A stretch of DNA of 64,000 bases from Ignavibacteriota bacterium (GTDB lineage Bacteria > Bacteroidota > Ignavibacteria > UBA10030 > UBA6906), in contig PMJQ01000121.1 of NCBI GenBank assembly GCA_003157485.1, positions 11,233 through 75,232 on the forward strand, given 5' to 3'. A model generated the notes under the pieces. It was not told where the DNA came from. It did not search any database and saw only the letters and a list, made by a program, of their open reading frames with translations. The position numbers and the translations under genes were made by a program. Below are positions 10,014-20,082 of the stretch, one piece after another. Position 1 is the stretch's first letter, and each line of letters begins with the position of its first letter.

Positions 10014-11402
10014 ATGTTTTCATCGATTCGAAAGCTGCACTTCGTCGGCATAGGAGGCATCGGGATGAGCGGCATCGCCGAGATCCTCACTGCCGAAGGA
10101 TTTACCGTCACGGGCTCCGATCGCGCCGCGAACGACAATACCGAACGGCTGCAATCGCTCGGCGTCACAGTCATGATCGGCCACGATGCCGGGAACATTG
10201 CCGCCGACGTGGATGCGCTCGTCTACTCCTCCGCGGTCGGCAGCGACAATCCTGAGGTCGCGGAAGCGCACCGCCGGAAAATCCCGGTGATCCGGCGGGC
10301 TGAGATGCTCGCGGAAATCATGCGCCTGAAGTACGGAATCGGTATTGCCGGGACGCACGGCAAGACAACGACGACGTCCATGGTCAGCCTGGTGCTCATG
10401 GAGGGGGGGATCGATCCCACGGTCATCGTGGGGGGGCGCCTCAGAGGCCTTGCGGGTTCCAACGCCCGGCTCGGGAAGGGAGAATTCATCGTCGTGGAGG
10501 CGGACGAATTTGACAGGTCGTTTCTCTCCATCACGCCAACGATAGCGGTGCTGACGACGCTGGAAACGGATCACCTGGACTGCTACAGGGATCTCGACGA
10601 TATCAAATCGGCATTCATCCAATTCGCGGGAAAGGTGCCCTTTTACGGCTTCGTCGTTCTCTGCCTCGACGAGCCGGCGCTTCAGGACATCATGCCGAAG
10701 ATCAAGAAGAAGATCGTGACGTACGGGCTCAACGGTCAGGCGGACCTGCAGGCAGTCAACATCGTGCACAGGCAGAACAGGACGAAGTTCACGGTCGTCG
10801 GTGACGGAAAGGACCTCGGAGAGATCGAGATCCAGATCCCCGGCGTGCACAACGTGCAGAATGCGCTTGCGGCGATTGCAGTGGGACTCGAACTCGGAAT
10901 CCCGTTTTCAAAAGTCAGGACGGGGATCGAGAAGTTCACCGGGGTCTTCCGCCGGTGGGAGGTGAAGGCAGAAATCGACGGTATCACCGTGATTGACGAC
11001 TATGCGCATCATCCGACGGAAATCAGGGCGACGCTGGCGGGAGCCAAGGCAGGATGGCGGCGGCGCACGGTCTGCATATTCCAGCCACACCTGTATTCCC
11101 GCACGCGTGATTTCTATGATGATTTCGGCCGCGCGTTCTTCAACGCGGACGTCCTCATCGTGACTGATGTCTATCCTGCCCGGGAAGAGCCGATCCAGGG
11201 TGTGTCGGGCGAGCTGATCGCAAACGCGGCGAAGGAATTCGGGCACAAGCAGGTGCACTACGTGCCCGACAAAAAAGAAGTCCCGGGATTTCTGATGACA
11301 ATCACCCGGCCCGGGGATATCGTTATCACCATGGGGGCGGGAGACATCTGGAAATTCGGCGAACAATTCATCCGGCAACGGAAGGGAGGGGAAACACACT
11401 GA
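10014..11402 (+). CDS. murC: UDP-N-acetylmuramate--L-alanine ligase
   Basis: Start at ATG 10014 (MFSSIRKLHFVGIGGIGMSGIAEIL). P-loop GTHGKTTTTSM. Confidence 0.93.
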   Translation: MFSSIRKLHFVGIGGIGMSGIAEILTAEGFTVTGSDRAANDNTERLQSLGVTVMIGHDAGNIAADVDALVYSSAVGSDNPEVAEAHRRKIPVIRRAEMLAEIMRLKYGIGIAGTHGKTTTTSMVSLVLMEGGIDPTVIVGGRLRGLAGSNARLGKGEFIVVEADEFDRSFLSITPTIAVLTTLETDHLDCYRDLDDIKSAFIQFAGKVPFYGFVVLCLDEPALQDIMPKIKKKIVTYGLNGQADLQAVNIVHRQNRTKFTVVGDGKDLGEIEIQIPGVHNVQNALAAIAVGLELGIPFSKVRTGIEKFTGVFRRWEVKAEIDGITVIDDYAHHPTEIRATLAGAKAGWRRRTVCIFQPHLYSRTRDFYDDFGRAFFNADVLIVTDVYPAREEPIQGVSGELIANAAKEFGHKQVHYVPDKKEVPGFLMTITRPGDIVITMGAGDIWKFGEQFIRQRKGGETH

Positions 11403-11407
11403 ACGTC

Positions 11408-12211
11408 ATGCGCCGCCCTGACAGAACGAAGATCGGACCGGGCGGATCGCCCGGTGGGTGGACAGGCTGGGTTCTCCTCCTCACGGGGTTGCTCGTCGCG
11501 GGAGTCGTTACGATCGCCGTCACGGCGAACGGCTGGAAGCACGACTTCCGCGTCCGCCGGATCCGAACGGAAGGGAACAGCATTGTCCCGGACAGCGACA
11601 TCATAAGGACCGCGTCAATTCCGAAAAATGAAAAACTGTTCGACATCGACCTGAACGTGGTCCGCCATGTTGTGGAGAAGAATCCGTTCATGAAGCGCGT
11701 CTCGGTCGTGCGCGAGCTGCCGGACGGGATTGCCATCACGGTCACCGAACGGAAACCCCTTGCCGTCCTTGTCACGGACAGGAGTCTGTTTGTCGATCCT
11801 GAAGGGTACGTCCTTCCCCCGGTCCATTCCGCTGGCGCGATTGACCTGCCGGTCGTGACGGGGGACCTGCCAGCCGCGGACTGCGTCCCGGGGCGGCAGA
11901 TTCAATCACGGAGGCTCCGGGGTGCTCTTGAGATTCTTACGACCGCAGAGCGGATAGGGGACGACGTGTATCACATGATCTCCGAGGTCCACTGCAACGG
12001 GGACAGCACGTACGAGCTATTCACCGCCGACGGGGGAATTCCCGTTGCCTTCGGATGTGGGGACGTCGCCCTGAAGCTCGTGACGCTCGATGGATTCTGG
12101 AAGCAGATTGTGATGCAGCGCGGAGCGACTCAGATCAAGACTGTCGACCTCCGCTTTGCCGACCAGGTCGTCGTCCGCTGGGACGAAGGACGCGGCACGC
12201 GGACCCAGTAA
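11408..12211 (+). CDS. ftsQ: Cell division protein FtsQ (TM plus POTRA)
   Basis: Single N-terminal TM helix (WVLLLTGLLVAGVVTIAV) followed by a POTRA-like region. Sits between murC and ftsA. Confidence 0.8.
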   Translation: MRRPDRTKIGPGGSPGGWTGWVLLLTGLLVAGVVTIAVTANGWKHDFRVRRIRTEGNSIVPDSDIIRTASIPKNEKLFDIDLNVVRHVVEKNPFMKRVSVVRELPDGIAITVTERKPLAVLVTDRSLFVDPEGYVLPPVHSAGAIDLPVVTGDLPAADCVPGRQIQSRRLRGALEILTTAERIGDDVYHMISEVHCNGDSTYELFTADGGIPVAFGCGDVALKLVTLDGFWKQIVMQRGATQIKTVDLRFADQVVVRWDEGRGTRTQ

Positions 12212-12241
12212 TCGAATTTCACTTCCACACAGGGATCAGTC

Positions 12242-13477
12242 ATGGACAATATCATCGTGGGTCTTGACATCGGAACGACAAAGGTCTGCGCCGTCGTCGC
12301 AGGGACGGATGAACATGGGCGAATGAATATTCTGGGGGTCGGCCGGGCGCTGTCGGACGGAATGACACGAGGGGTCGTGACTCACATCGACCGCACGACA
12401 AACTCGATTGTCACTGCCGTGCAGGAGGCGCAGGCTTCCTCGGGCGTCATGATAAAATCGGTGATCGTCGGCATCGCCGGGGACCATATCCAGAGCTTCC
12501 AGAGCCGGGGTGTCATCGGCATAAGCGGCGAGGAGCACGAAGTGACCCAGGCGGACATCGACAGGCTCATCGAGGATACGAAGCGCGTGGCGCTCCCCTC
12601 CGACAGGAAGATCATTCACGTCATCCCGCAGGAGTTCATCGTCGACGGCCAGGACGGCGTCTATGATCCGCTGGGAATGGCGGGCGTCCGCATGGAGGCC
12701 AACGTGCATATCATCACCGGCCTCGTCAGTGCGGCGCAGAACATCTACAAATGCGTCCAGCGGGCGGGCCTCGAAGTGAGCGACATGGTCCTCGAACCCC
12801 TTGCATCGAGCTACGCCGTTCTTGACGATGAAGAAAAGGAAGTGGGCATCGCCCTTCTCGACATCGGCGGTGGAACAACCGACCTTGCCGTTTTCGAGGA
12901 ACGGACCATCCGCCATACGGCGGTGATCGGCATCGCCGGGAAAAAGGTGACCGATGATATAAGAAAGGCGCTTGGCATACTGAACGACCAGGCAGAAAAA
13001 CTCAAGAAGGAGCACGGCTTCGCGTATGTTCCCGCGGTTGTCGATAACGAACCGATCGTGCTCCCCGGTGTTGGGGGGCGCGCGCCGCTGGAAATCGACA
13101 AGCGGCTGCTCGCGCAGATCATCCAGCCGCGGATGGAGGAGATTCTTGAAATCGCCGCCCTGGAGATCAAGCGTTCCGGGTACTCGAAACACCTTTCGGG
13201 AGGGGTCGTCCTCACCGGCGGCGGGGCTCTTATCAAGGGGACTGCGGACCTTGCGAAGGAAGTTCTCGGTATGCCCGTAAAAATCGGGATCCCGACCGGA
13301 TTCTCCGGTGGGCTCGTTCGCGAAATCGAAAACCCGGCGTATTCCACAGCGGTCGGCCTCGTCTACCACGGAATGAAATTCAGGGACAGGGCGCCCGCAC
13401 CGGCCCAGGCCGGCAGGAAGGATAAGTCGATGACACGCATGGCGCAGAAAATGAAGGAATGGTTCGACCAGCTCTGA
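12242..13477 (+). CDS. ftsA: Cell division protein FtsA (actin-like ATPase)
   Basis: N-terminal DIGTTKVCAVV phosphate-1 motif, LDIGGGTTD motif, and position upstream of ftsZ. Confidence 0.93.
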   Translation: MDNIIVGLDIGTTKVCAVVAGTDEHGRMNILGVGRALSDGMTRGVVTHIDRTTNSIVTAVQEAQASSGVMIKSVIVGIAGDHIQSFQSRGVIGISGEEHEVTQADIDRLIEDTKRVALPSDRKIIHVIPQEFIVDGQDGVYDPLGMAGVRMEANVHIITGLVSAAQNIYKCVQRAGLEVSDMVLEPLASSYAVLDDEEKEVGIALLDIGGGTTDLAVFEERTIRHTAVIGIAGKKVTDDIRKALGILNDQAEKLKKEHGFAYVPAVVDNEPIVLPGVGGRAPLEIDKRLLAQIIQPRMEEILEIAALEIKRSGYSKHLSGGVVLTGGGALIKGTADLAKEVLGMPVKIGIPTGFSGGLVREIENPAYSTAVGLVYHGMKFRDRAPAPAQAGRKDKSMTRMAQKMKEWFDQL

Positions 13478-13533
13478 ACATCAGGAGTGGAACGTACAAC
13501 AGTTTGTCTCATTCAACATAGGAGGAACATCCG

Positions 13534-14712
13534 GTGATCGAACTCGATAATGGTCTCGATCGCGGCGCGAAAATTCGCGTCGTGGGGGTCGGCGGCGGTG
13601 GGGGGAACGCGATCAACAGCATGATCGACAAAGGACTCCACGGGGTCGATTTCTTTGCGATCAACACTGACCTCCAGGCGCTGGAACGCAACCTTGCCTC
13701 GAATAAAATCCAGATCGGGAAGAATCTCACCCGGGGACTCGGGGCGGGGGCGGATCCGTCGATCGGACACAGGGCGGCCGAAGAGGACCGGGAAGAAATA
13801 ACCCGTGCGCTCGCAGGGAGCGACATGGTGTTCATCACCGCCGGCATGGGGGGGGGGACAGGGACCGGGGGAGCACCCATGGTCGCCAATATCGCCAAGA
13901 GCCTCGGCGCGCTTGTCGTAGGGATCGTGACGCGGCCGTTCAACTGCGAAGGAAAGAAACGCGCGGCGCAGGCGGAGGCCGGGCTTGAGGAGCTGAAGAA
14001 ACAGGTGGACACGCTCATCGTCATCCCCAACCAGAAGCTCCTCTCTATCGTCGACAGGAACACGCCTCTGAAGGAGGCCTTTGACATCGCCAATCAGGTC
14101 CTTCACGGCGCCACACGGGGAATCTCGGAGCTCATCACCGTTCCCGGTCTCATTAACGTCGATTTCGCCGACGTGCGCACCGTGATGCGGGAGATGGGAG
14201 ACGCGGTCATGGGTTCGGGGATCGCCACGGGAGAAAACAGAGCGGTCGAGGCGGCGCACCTGGCCATTTCGAGTCCGCTTCTGGAAGACGTGTCCATCTC
14301 CGGGGCGCAGGGCGTGCTCGTGAACATCACGGGCGGTGCAAACATGACGCTGGTGGAAGTGGATGAGGCGACGGAGATCATACGCGAAGCCGCCGGGGAA
14401 GAAGCGAACGTCATCCTCGGCGCCGTCATCGACGGCAACGTCGAGAACGAAGTCATGGTGACCGTCATTGCCACGGGATTCAACCGCCGCGGCGGATCGC
14501 CGTCGGTCGCCCGCATGCCCCGGGCAGCAAAAAGCGTCGAGAAAATCCCTTCGGGCGTCACCGAGCTTCAGAAATACGACGAGCCCGCGTACGTCCGGAG
14601 AGGCGTCGACATCCCCATCACCCATTACCGGGCCGAACAGGAGACGGGCAGGGAGAAGATCGACAAATCGGATCCCGAGAAGCCCGCGTTTCTGCGCAAG
14701 ATCATGGATTGA
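13534..14712 (+). CDS. ftsZ: Cell division GTPase FtsZ
   Basis: Tubulin signature [10 protein letters not shown] and NTDLQAL. GTG start preceded by AGGAGG at 13521..13526. Confidence 0.96.
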   Translation: MIELDNGLDRGAKIRVVGVGGGGGNAINSMIDKGLHGVDFFAINTDLQALERNLASNKIQIGKNLTRGLGAGADPSIGHRAAEEDREEITRALAGSDMVFITAGMGGGTGTGGAPMVANIAKSLGALVVGIVTRPFNCEGKKRAAQAEAGLEELKKQVDTLIVIPNQKLLSIVDRNTPLKEAFDIANQVLHGATRGISELITVPGLINVDFADVRTVMREMGDAVMGSGIATGENRAVEAAHLAISSPLLEDVSISGAQGVLVNITGGANMTLVEVDEATEIIREAAGEEANVILGAVIDGNVENEVMVTVIATGFNRRGGSPSVARMPRAAKSVEKIPSGVTELQKYDEPAYVRRGVDIPITHYRAEQETGREKIDKSDPEKPAFLRKIMD

Positions 14713-14769
14713 AAGGAGGGGAGTAACGACAATGCCGCGGGCGGTCCCGCCGGGCTGCCCGTCCGCCGG

Positions 14770-14798
14770 TTGATTCTTCCTCCCCCTTTTGATAGATT
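14770..14798 (+). promoter_or_regulatory. Putative sigma70-type promoter TTGATT-N17-TAGATT, 6 nt before ATG 14805 (predicted leaderless mRNA)
   Basis: Read directly: TTGATT 14770..14775, 17-nt spacer, TAGATT 14793..14798, GGCTGC, ATG. The same architecture recurs at four other genes in the window. Confidence 0.55.
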
Positions 14799-14804
14799 GG
14801 CTGC

Positions 14805-15476
14805 ATGAAGAAAGTGCAGCACCTGTTCCTTGCCCTGCTCATCGGGACGGGGGTGTCTCTTGCCCAGTCCGGAACTCCTGCCAGTGCATTTGCCATCACA
14901 CGGCTGAAATACGCCGGAGGTGGCGACTGGTACAATGATCCCTCCTCTGAAGTCAACCTCCTGACGTTTGTCCACAATGCTACAGGAATCGACACCGATC
15001 CCCGGTACCAGTTCGTCGATATCGGAGACGATGCGCTGTTCACCCATCCGTTTCTCTTCATGACCGGGCACGGCAATATTGCATTCTCGGAAACGGACGC
15101 CAGGCGGCTCCGGATGTACCTTGAAAACGGCGGATTTCTCTACGCGGACGACGATTACGGAATGGATAAGCCGTTCCGCCGCGAGATACGGAAGGTGCTT
15201 CCCGGAGAAGAACTTGTGGAGCTCCCCTTCTCCTACGGGCTCTACCACTGCCAGTTCGAATTCCCCTCCGGCGTTCCGAAAACGCACGAACACAACGGGA
15301 AACCCCCGCAAGGATTCGGGATATTTCTGCACGGCCGGCTTGTCGTCTATTACACGTATGAATCGAACCCCAGCGACGGCTGGGCGGATCCTGATGTCCA
15401 CGGAGACCCGGAGGACAAGCGGCAGGAGGCCCTGCGGTTCGGGACAAATCTCGTCGTCTGGGTGTTAACCCACTAG
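14805..15476 (+). CDS. Secreted DUF4159-family protein (class I glutamine-amidotransferase-like fold)
   Basis: Signal peptide, then RLKYAGGGDWYNDP...PFLFMTGHGNIAFS...LENGGFLYADDDYG, which matches my memory of the DUF4159 signature. Confidence 0.72.
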   Translation: MKKVQHLFLALLIGTGVSLAQSGTPASAFAITRLKYAGGGDWYNDPSSEVNLLTFVHNATGIDTDPRYQFVDIGDDALFTHPFLFMTGHGNIAFSETDARRLRMYLENGGFLYADDDYGMDKPFRREIRKVLPGEELVELPFSYGLYHCQFEFPSGVPKTHEHNGKPPQGFGIFLHGRLVVYYTYESNPSDGWADPDVHGDPEDKRQEALRFGTNLVVWVLTH

Positions 15477-15485
15477 GGGGACGAT

Positions 15486-18400
15486 GTGGACACGACCGGC
15501 TTATATGACGAAATCCACAGACGCCTTGCGGCGGTGCGCAGGAAGCAAAACACTGCTGCCGTTATTCACGGTGCCGCATTCTCCGGTGCGCTGTTCCTGA
15601 CTGCGGTCCTCCTCGCGCTCATCGGTGAAGAGATCATCAATTTCAGCGTGGGGGGGCGGACGGTCCTCTTCTGGACTCTCGTTCTCCTGGCTCTCGCCCT
15701 TTTCCTCTGGAGGATCGGCCGGCCGCTCGGCCGGCTTGCAGAAATACTCCACGGTGAAAGCGACCTCGAAACCGCCCGCGATGTAGGACGCCGCATCGGA
15801 TGTGTAAACGACAGGCTGGTAAACGCCCTTCAGCTTCTGGCGGAGGGGGACGCCCGGCGCATCTATTCTGGAGACCTCGTGGACGCCGCGCTTGCCGACC
15901 TCCGCGCGGACTGCGAGGGAATCGACTTCACATCGGCAGTTGACCGTGCGGGCACCCCCCTCACGGGCCGTCTTCTTGCGGCCGCATTTCTCTCCTGCGT
16001 ACTCCTCTTTGCACTTTTCCCGACAGCTTTCTTCGGCGCCGCGGACCGTCTCCTGCATTTCAACGAAGCATATGCCGCTGCGTCCCCTTTCCGGTTCGTC
16101 GTCGAGCCCGGCTCGCGCGAAATCATCAAGGGAGAAACCGTCCCGATCCGTGTACGGGTCACGGGTGAGAACCCCGGCGAGGTTTCGATAGCCTTCCGCA
16201 GGCGCGGGGACCTCGCGTACGAAGAGGCAGTCCTCCGGGCGGACGGAGCGGGGGAATACCACCATCAGTTTCCTCCGGTGACAGAAACGACGGAGTACTA
16301 CATCCATGCGCGCGGCATCAGGGGGGACGACTACACGCTCACGGTCATCGACCGGCCGCTCGTCAGGCAGCTGCGTATCACAGTGCTCCCGCCTGCGTAT
16401 AGCGGCCTCCCGGTGCGCAGGCAGGAGGACAACGTCGGAGACGTTGCCGCGCTCCGGGGCGCGGCGATCCGGTTCGATATTGAGGCGAGCAAGGTGCTGA
16501 AATCGGGAGAGATCGCACTCAGCGACAGCGCGGTCCTCCCGCTCGGGATCGCGGGGAGCCGGGCGCACGCCGCGTTCGTGCTCATGAAAGAGCGTTCCTA
16601 CCACATCAGCCTCAGGGACAGCGCCGGCACGGGGAGCGTCGATCCAGTGGAATACACACTCAGGATCATTCCCGACGCGCCCCCCGCGGTTACTCTTCTC
16701 TCTCCGTCGGAGAACCTTGACGTCACGGATACGACGCCCGTCAATCTCCTTGCGAAAATCACCGACGATTACGGTTTCAGCCGCCTGCGCCTTGCCTACA
16801 AGCTCGTGCAGTCGAAGTACGAGAAGCCCGAGCAGGAATTCACCTATGTGCCGCTCCCGCTGCCGCCGTCCGGGACGATTGAAGCCCTCATTCCCTACCG
16901 CTGGTCGATCGCGGGGCTCCACCTTGTCCCGGAAGACGTCATCAGCTTCTACGTTGAAGTGTTTGACAACGACGTCATCTCCGGCCCGAAATCCGCGATA
17001 AGCGAGATCTACTCCCTCCGGCTTCCCTCCATGGACGAGGTCTTTGCGCAGGCCGACAAGGGACACGAGGCCAGCATCGGGGGGATGCAGGACGCCCTGA
17101 AGCAGGCACAGGAAGCGCGCAAAGAGATGGAAGAGTTGACCCAGTCCGTCCGGTCGCCCGCGGACAAACTGGAGTGGCAGGACCGGCGGAAGGCGGAGGA
17201 TCTCCTGAAGAAATACGGCGAGGTAAAGGCGAAAATGGATTCTGTCCGGGCCGCGGTGGACAGGATGGTCGACGACATGTCGAAGAACCGGGTGCTCTCC
17301 CCGGAGACGCTCGAAAAGTACCAGGAACTGCAGCACATGATGGACCAGATGTCGTCGCCGGAATTTGCCGAGGCGATGAAACAACTCCAGCAGGCAATGC
17401 AGCAGATGAGCCCCGACGCGCTCCGGCAGGCGATGCAGCAATTCAACTTCTCCGAAGAGACGTTCCGGAAAAGCATCGAACGGACACTGAACCTTCTGAA
17501 GAGAATACAGATTGAACAGAAGGTCGACGAGGCCGTGCGGCGGACGGAACAGATGATGAAGCAGCAGGAGGCGTTGAAGGAGAACACGGGGAAGACCCCC
17601 GCCGGCGACAGGGACAGGATGGAACAGCTCGCGAAGGAACAGAAAGAGGTGCAGGAACATCTTCAGTCCCTGGGCGCGCAAATGGAAGAGCTCCAGAAGA
17701 AAATGGAAGACTTTCCCGCGGAGATGCCCCTCGCCGAGCTCAAACATGCGCGGCAGGAAATGGCGCAGGACAGCCTTGCCCGCACCATGGAGTCGATCTC
17801 CCGCGACATGGTGCAGATGCAGCCCGAGGAAGCGTCGCGCCAGCAACAGCAGGCCCTCGCATCGATGGGGAAGCTCGGAGAGCATCTCCGGAGTATGCAG
17901 AAGGAGATGCGTCAGAACCAGCAGCGGCAGGTGCTGAACGCGATGCGCAGGTCGCTTCGCGACCTGCTGGACCTGTCGAAGAGAGAAGAGACACTCAAGG
18001 ACGAGTCGGAGAGGCTCGAGCCGAACAGCCGGCGGTTCCGTGACAACGAAGAGGCCCAGATGGACGCAATGCGTGATCTCGGCACGGTGGCAGAGGGACT
18101 TGCGGCGCTATCGCAGAGGACGTTCGGCGTGACTCCGGAAATGGGGAAATCAATCGGGGACGCAATGCGCAGCATGAACGACGCCATGCGCTCTCTCCAG
18201 CAGCGGAACCGCGCGGCGGCGTCGCAGCAGCAAACCGATGCCATGGCGTCGCTGAACGAAGCCGCGCAAAAGGTAGAAGATTCGATGAACGGGATGCAGC
18301 AGGGGGGCGGCCAGGGGATGGGGTTGGCGGGGCTGATGCAGAGGCTCCAAAGGCTCTCCCAGCAGCAGGGGGGGATCAACGACGCTTCCCGGAACCTCGG

Positions 18401-18872
18401 GGGGATGACGCCCGAGCAGGCTGCCGAGATGTCGCGTCTTGCAGGCGAGCAGGGGATGGTAAGAAAATCGCTTGAGCAGCTTGCGCGTGAAGCGGCGTCG
18501 GCCGGCGATCTGAAGAAGCTCATGGGGGACATGAGCCAGATTGCCCGGGATATGACGGAGGTGCAGACCGACATGACGTCAGGGAATTTCAATCCGGAAA
18601 CCGTCAGAAAAGAAGACAGGATCCTCTCGCGGCTCCTCGACGCGCAGCGCTCGACTAGGGAACGGGACTTCGAGAAGAAAAGGACATCGACGGCGGGACA
18701 GGACGTCACGCGGGAAAGCCCACCATCGCTCACGCTCACGGCGGGGCAGGAGAAGGACAGACTGCGCAGGGACATGCAGAAGGCGCTGGAAGAGGGATAT
18801 GCACGGGAATACGAGGATCTCATACGGCGGTATTTTGAAATCCTGGAACAACTCGAATCTCAAAACCGATGA
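15486..18872 (+). CDS. Large membrane-anchored coiled-coil protein, DUF4175-like
   Basis: 1128 aa. N-terminal TM helices (AAFSGALFLTAVLLALIG, VLFWTLVLLALALFLW, LLAAAFLSCVLLFALF), a beta-rich middle part, and a ~600-aa Q/M/E-rich coiled coil ending ..YEDLIRRYFEILEQL. GTG start 9 nt after the DUF4159 stop. Confidence 0.55.
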   Translation: MDTTGLYDEIHRRLAAVRRKQNTAAVIHGAAFSGALFLTAVLLALIGEEIINFSVGGRTVLFWTLVLLALALFLWRIGRPLGRLAEILHGESDLETARDVGRRIGCVNDRLVNALQLLAEGDARRIYSGDLVDAALADLRADCEGIDFTSAVDRAGTPLTGRLLAAAFLSCVLLFALFPTAFFGAADRLLHFNEAYAAASPFRFVVEPGSREIIKGETVPIRVRVTGENPGEVSIAFRRRGDLAYEEAVLRADGAGEYHHQFPPVTETTEYYIHARGIRGDDYTLTVIDRPLVRQLRITVLPPAYSGLPVRRQEDNVGDVAALRGAAIRFDIEASKVLKSGEIALSDSAVLPLGIAGSRAHAAFVLMKERSYHISLRDSAGTGSVDPVEYTLRIIPDAPPAVTLLSPSENLDVTDTTPVNLLAKITDDYGFSRLRLAYKLVQSKYEKPEQEFTYVPLPLPPSGTIEALIPYRWSIAGLHLVPEDVISFYVEVFDNDVISGPKSAISEIYSLRLPSMDEVFAQADKGHEASIGGMQDALKQAQEARKEMEELTQSVRSPADKLEWQDRRKAEDLLKKYGEVKAKMDSVRAAVDRMVDDMSKNRVLSPETLEKYQELQHMMDQMSSPEFAEAMKQLQQAMQQMSPDALRQAMQQFNFSEETFRKSIERTLNLLKRIQIEQKVDEAVRRTEQMMKQQEALKENTGKTPAGDRDRMEQLAKEQKEVQEHLQSLGAQMEELQKKMEDFPAEMPLAELKHARQEMAQDSLARTMESISRDMVQMQPEEASRQQQQALASMGKLGEHLRSMQKEMRQNQQRQVLNAMRRSLRDLLDLSKREETLKDESERLEPNSRRFRDNEEAQMDAMRDLGTVAEGLAALSQRTFGVTPEMGKSIGDAMRSMNDAMRSLQQRNRAAASQQQTDAMASLNEAAQKVEDSMNGMQQGGGQGMGLAGLMQRLQRLSQQQGGINDASRNLGGMTPEQAAEMSRLAGEQGMVRKSLEQLAREAASAGDLKKLMGDMSQIARDMTEVQTDMTSGNFNPETVRKEDRILSRLLDAQRSTRERDFEKKRTSTAGQDVTRESPPSLTLTAGQEKDRLRRDMQKALEEGYAREYEDLIRRYFEILEQLESQNR

Positions 18873-18876
18873 GCAC

Positions 18877-20082
18877 ATGACTCCCAACGCTCTTGCAACG
18901 CATCTGTTTTCGACGTACGAACAATACAGAATCTTCTATCTCCGGCCCGCCAACTGCCGTCACAGGGAAATTGTCGCAGAGATGAGGGAGCTTGTCAGCC
19001 GCGGGAACGAGCTGTTTTCCATGAACGAGATCGGAAAGTCGGTTGAGGGGCGGAGCATCTATCAGATGTCGTTCGGCCGGGGTCAGAAGAAGATCCTTCT
19101 CTGGTCGCAAATGCACGGCGATGAATCGACGGCGACGCTCGGGCTCATGGACGTCTTCAATATGCTTGTCGAGGACCAGGGAAAGGAAAGCTGGATCTCG
19201 GAAATGCTCGAACAGACGACCGTCTTCGTCATCCCGATGTTAAACCCCGACGGTGCCGAACGCATCCAACGTCATACATCGGTGCAGATTGATATGAACA
19301 GGGATGCGCGCGAGCTCATCACTCCGGAGGCACGCATACTGCGTGAGGCGCAGCGGAGGCTCAAGCCTTCGTTCGGGTTCAATCTCCACGATCAGGTGCT
19401 TTCCTCTGTCGGAGTGACGCCCAAAGTTGCCGCGCTTTCCCTTCTTGCGCCTGCGCTCGATGAAAAGCGGTCCACGCCCCCGGTGAGGCTTCGTGCAATG
19501 AGGATCGCCGCCCTCATCACGCGGGCGCTGAGTCAGTTCATCGGTGGCCACATCGCAACGTACGACGATGCATTTGAACCGCGAGCGTTCGGCGACGGCA
19601 TGCAATCGTGGGGGACAAGCACCGTCCTTATCGAATCCGGGCACTGGCCGGGTGATCCCGACAAGCTCTTCATCCGGAAGCTTAATTATATCGCGCTTCT
19701 CACGGCAATCCGCGCCATAGGAAATGGATCGTACCAGGACACCGAAATGGACTGGTACCGACAACTTCTCCCCAACGGGAGGATGATCTACGACATCATC
19801 ATTCGCGGTGTCGAACTCCACAACGGATCGGGGGGCTGGTCGGCGCGTACGGACGTCGCACTGATGTACGATCCCCCCCTTCACAAGAGGAGCTCGAAAG
19901 ATGAAGCGCCGGCGGTGCGCTGCGTTGAAATAGGGGATCTCAGTTTTCACGGCGCACTTGAGGAAGTTGATGGGGGCGGGAGACGGCTCGGCGCCTCGCA
20001 CATTTCCCTTGATGCCGTCGTTCCACTCTCCTCGGTCATGGACGCACTTCAAATTCACTTTACTCCGAACGTCCACTCGTAG
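18877..20082 (+). CDS. M14-family zinc carboxypeptidase with no signal peptide
   Basis: HGDE (HxxE) zinc motif in LLWSQMHGDESTAT, plus NPDG and IDMNRDAR. Start set at ATG 18877 (MTPNALA), 4 nt after the upstream stop. Confidence 0.8.
   Translation: MTPNALATHLFSTYEQYRIFYLRPANCRHREIVAEMRELVSRGNELFSMNEIGKSVEGRSIYQMSFGRGQKKILLWSQMHGDESTATLGLMDVFNMLVEDQGKESWISEMLEQTTVFVIPMLNPDGAERIQRHTSVQIDMNRDARELITPEARILREAQRRLKPSFGFNLHDQVLSSVGVTPKVAALSLLAPALDEKRSTPPVRLRAMRIAALITRALSQFIGGHIATYDDAFEPRAFGDGMQSWGTSTVLIESGHWPGDPDKLFIRKLNYIALLTAIRAIGNGSYQDTEMDWYRQLLPNGRMIYDIIIRGVELHNGSGGWSARTDVALMYDPPLHKRSSKDEAPAVRCVEIGDLSFHGALEEVDGGGRRLGASHISLDAVVPLSSVMDALQIHFTPNVHS

Noticed and set aside
13848-13857. G10 homopolymer inside ftsZ as a possible phase-variation tract
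   Set aside because: It simply encodes the GGG of the invariant GGGTGTG tubulin signature (GGG GGG GGG) in an essential gene. It reflects GC-biased codon choice and is not a contingency locus.
12236-14625. Long minus-strand ORFs (12236..13369, 13513..14625) opposite ftsA and ftsZ
   Set aside because: They are antisense to two of the best-supported genes in the window, with a D/R/H/V-rich composition. They are artefacts.
15501-17885. 794-aa ORF on the minus strand opposite the 1128-aa gene
   Set aside because: Its L/H/R-rich low-complexity sequence is exactly what antisense reading of E/Q/M/K coiled-coil codons produces. It has no motifs, and the plus-strand product has a coherent TM-plus-coiled-coil architecture. 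Long stop-free antisense frames are expected in GC-rich DNA.
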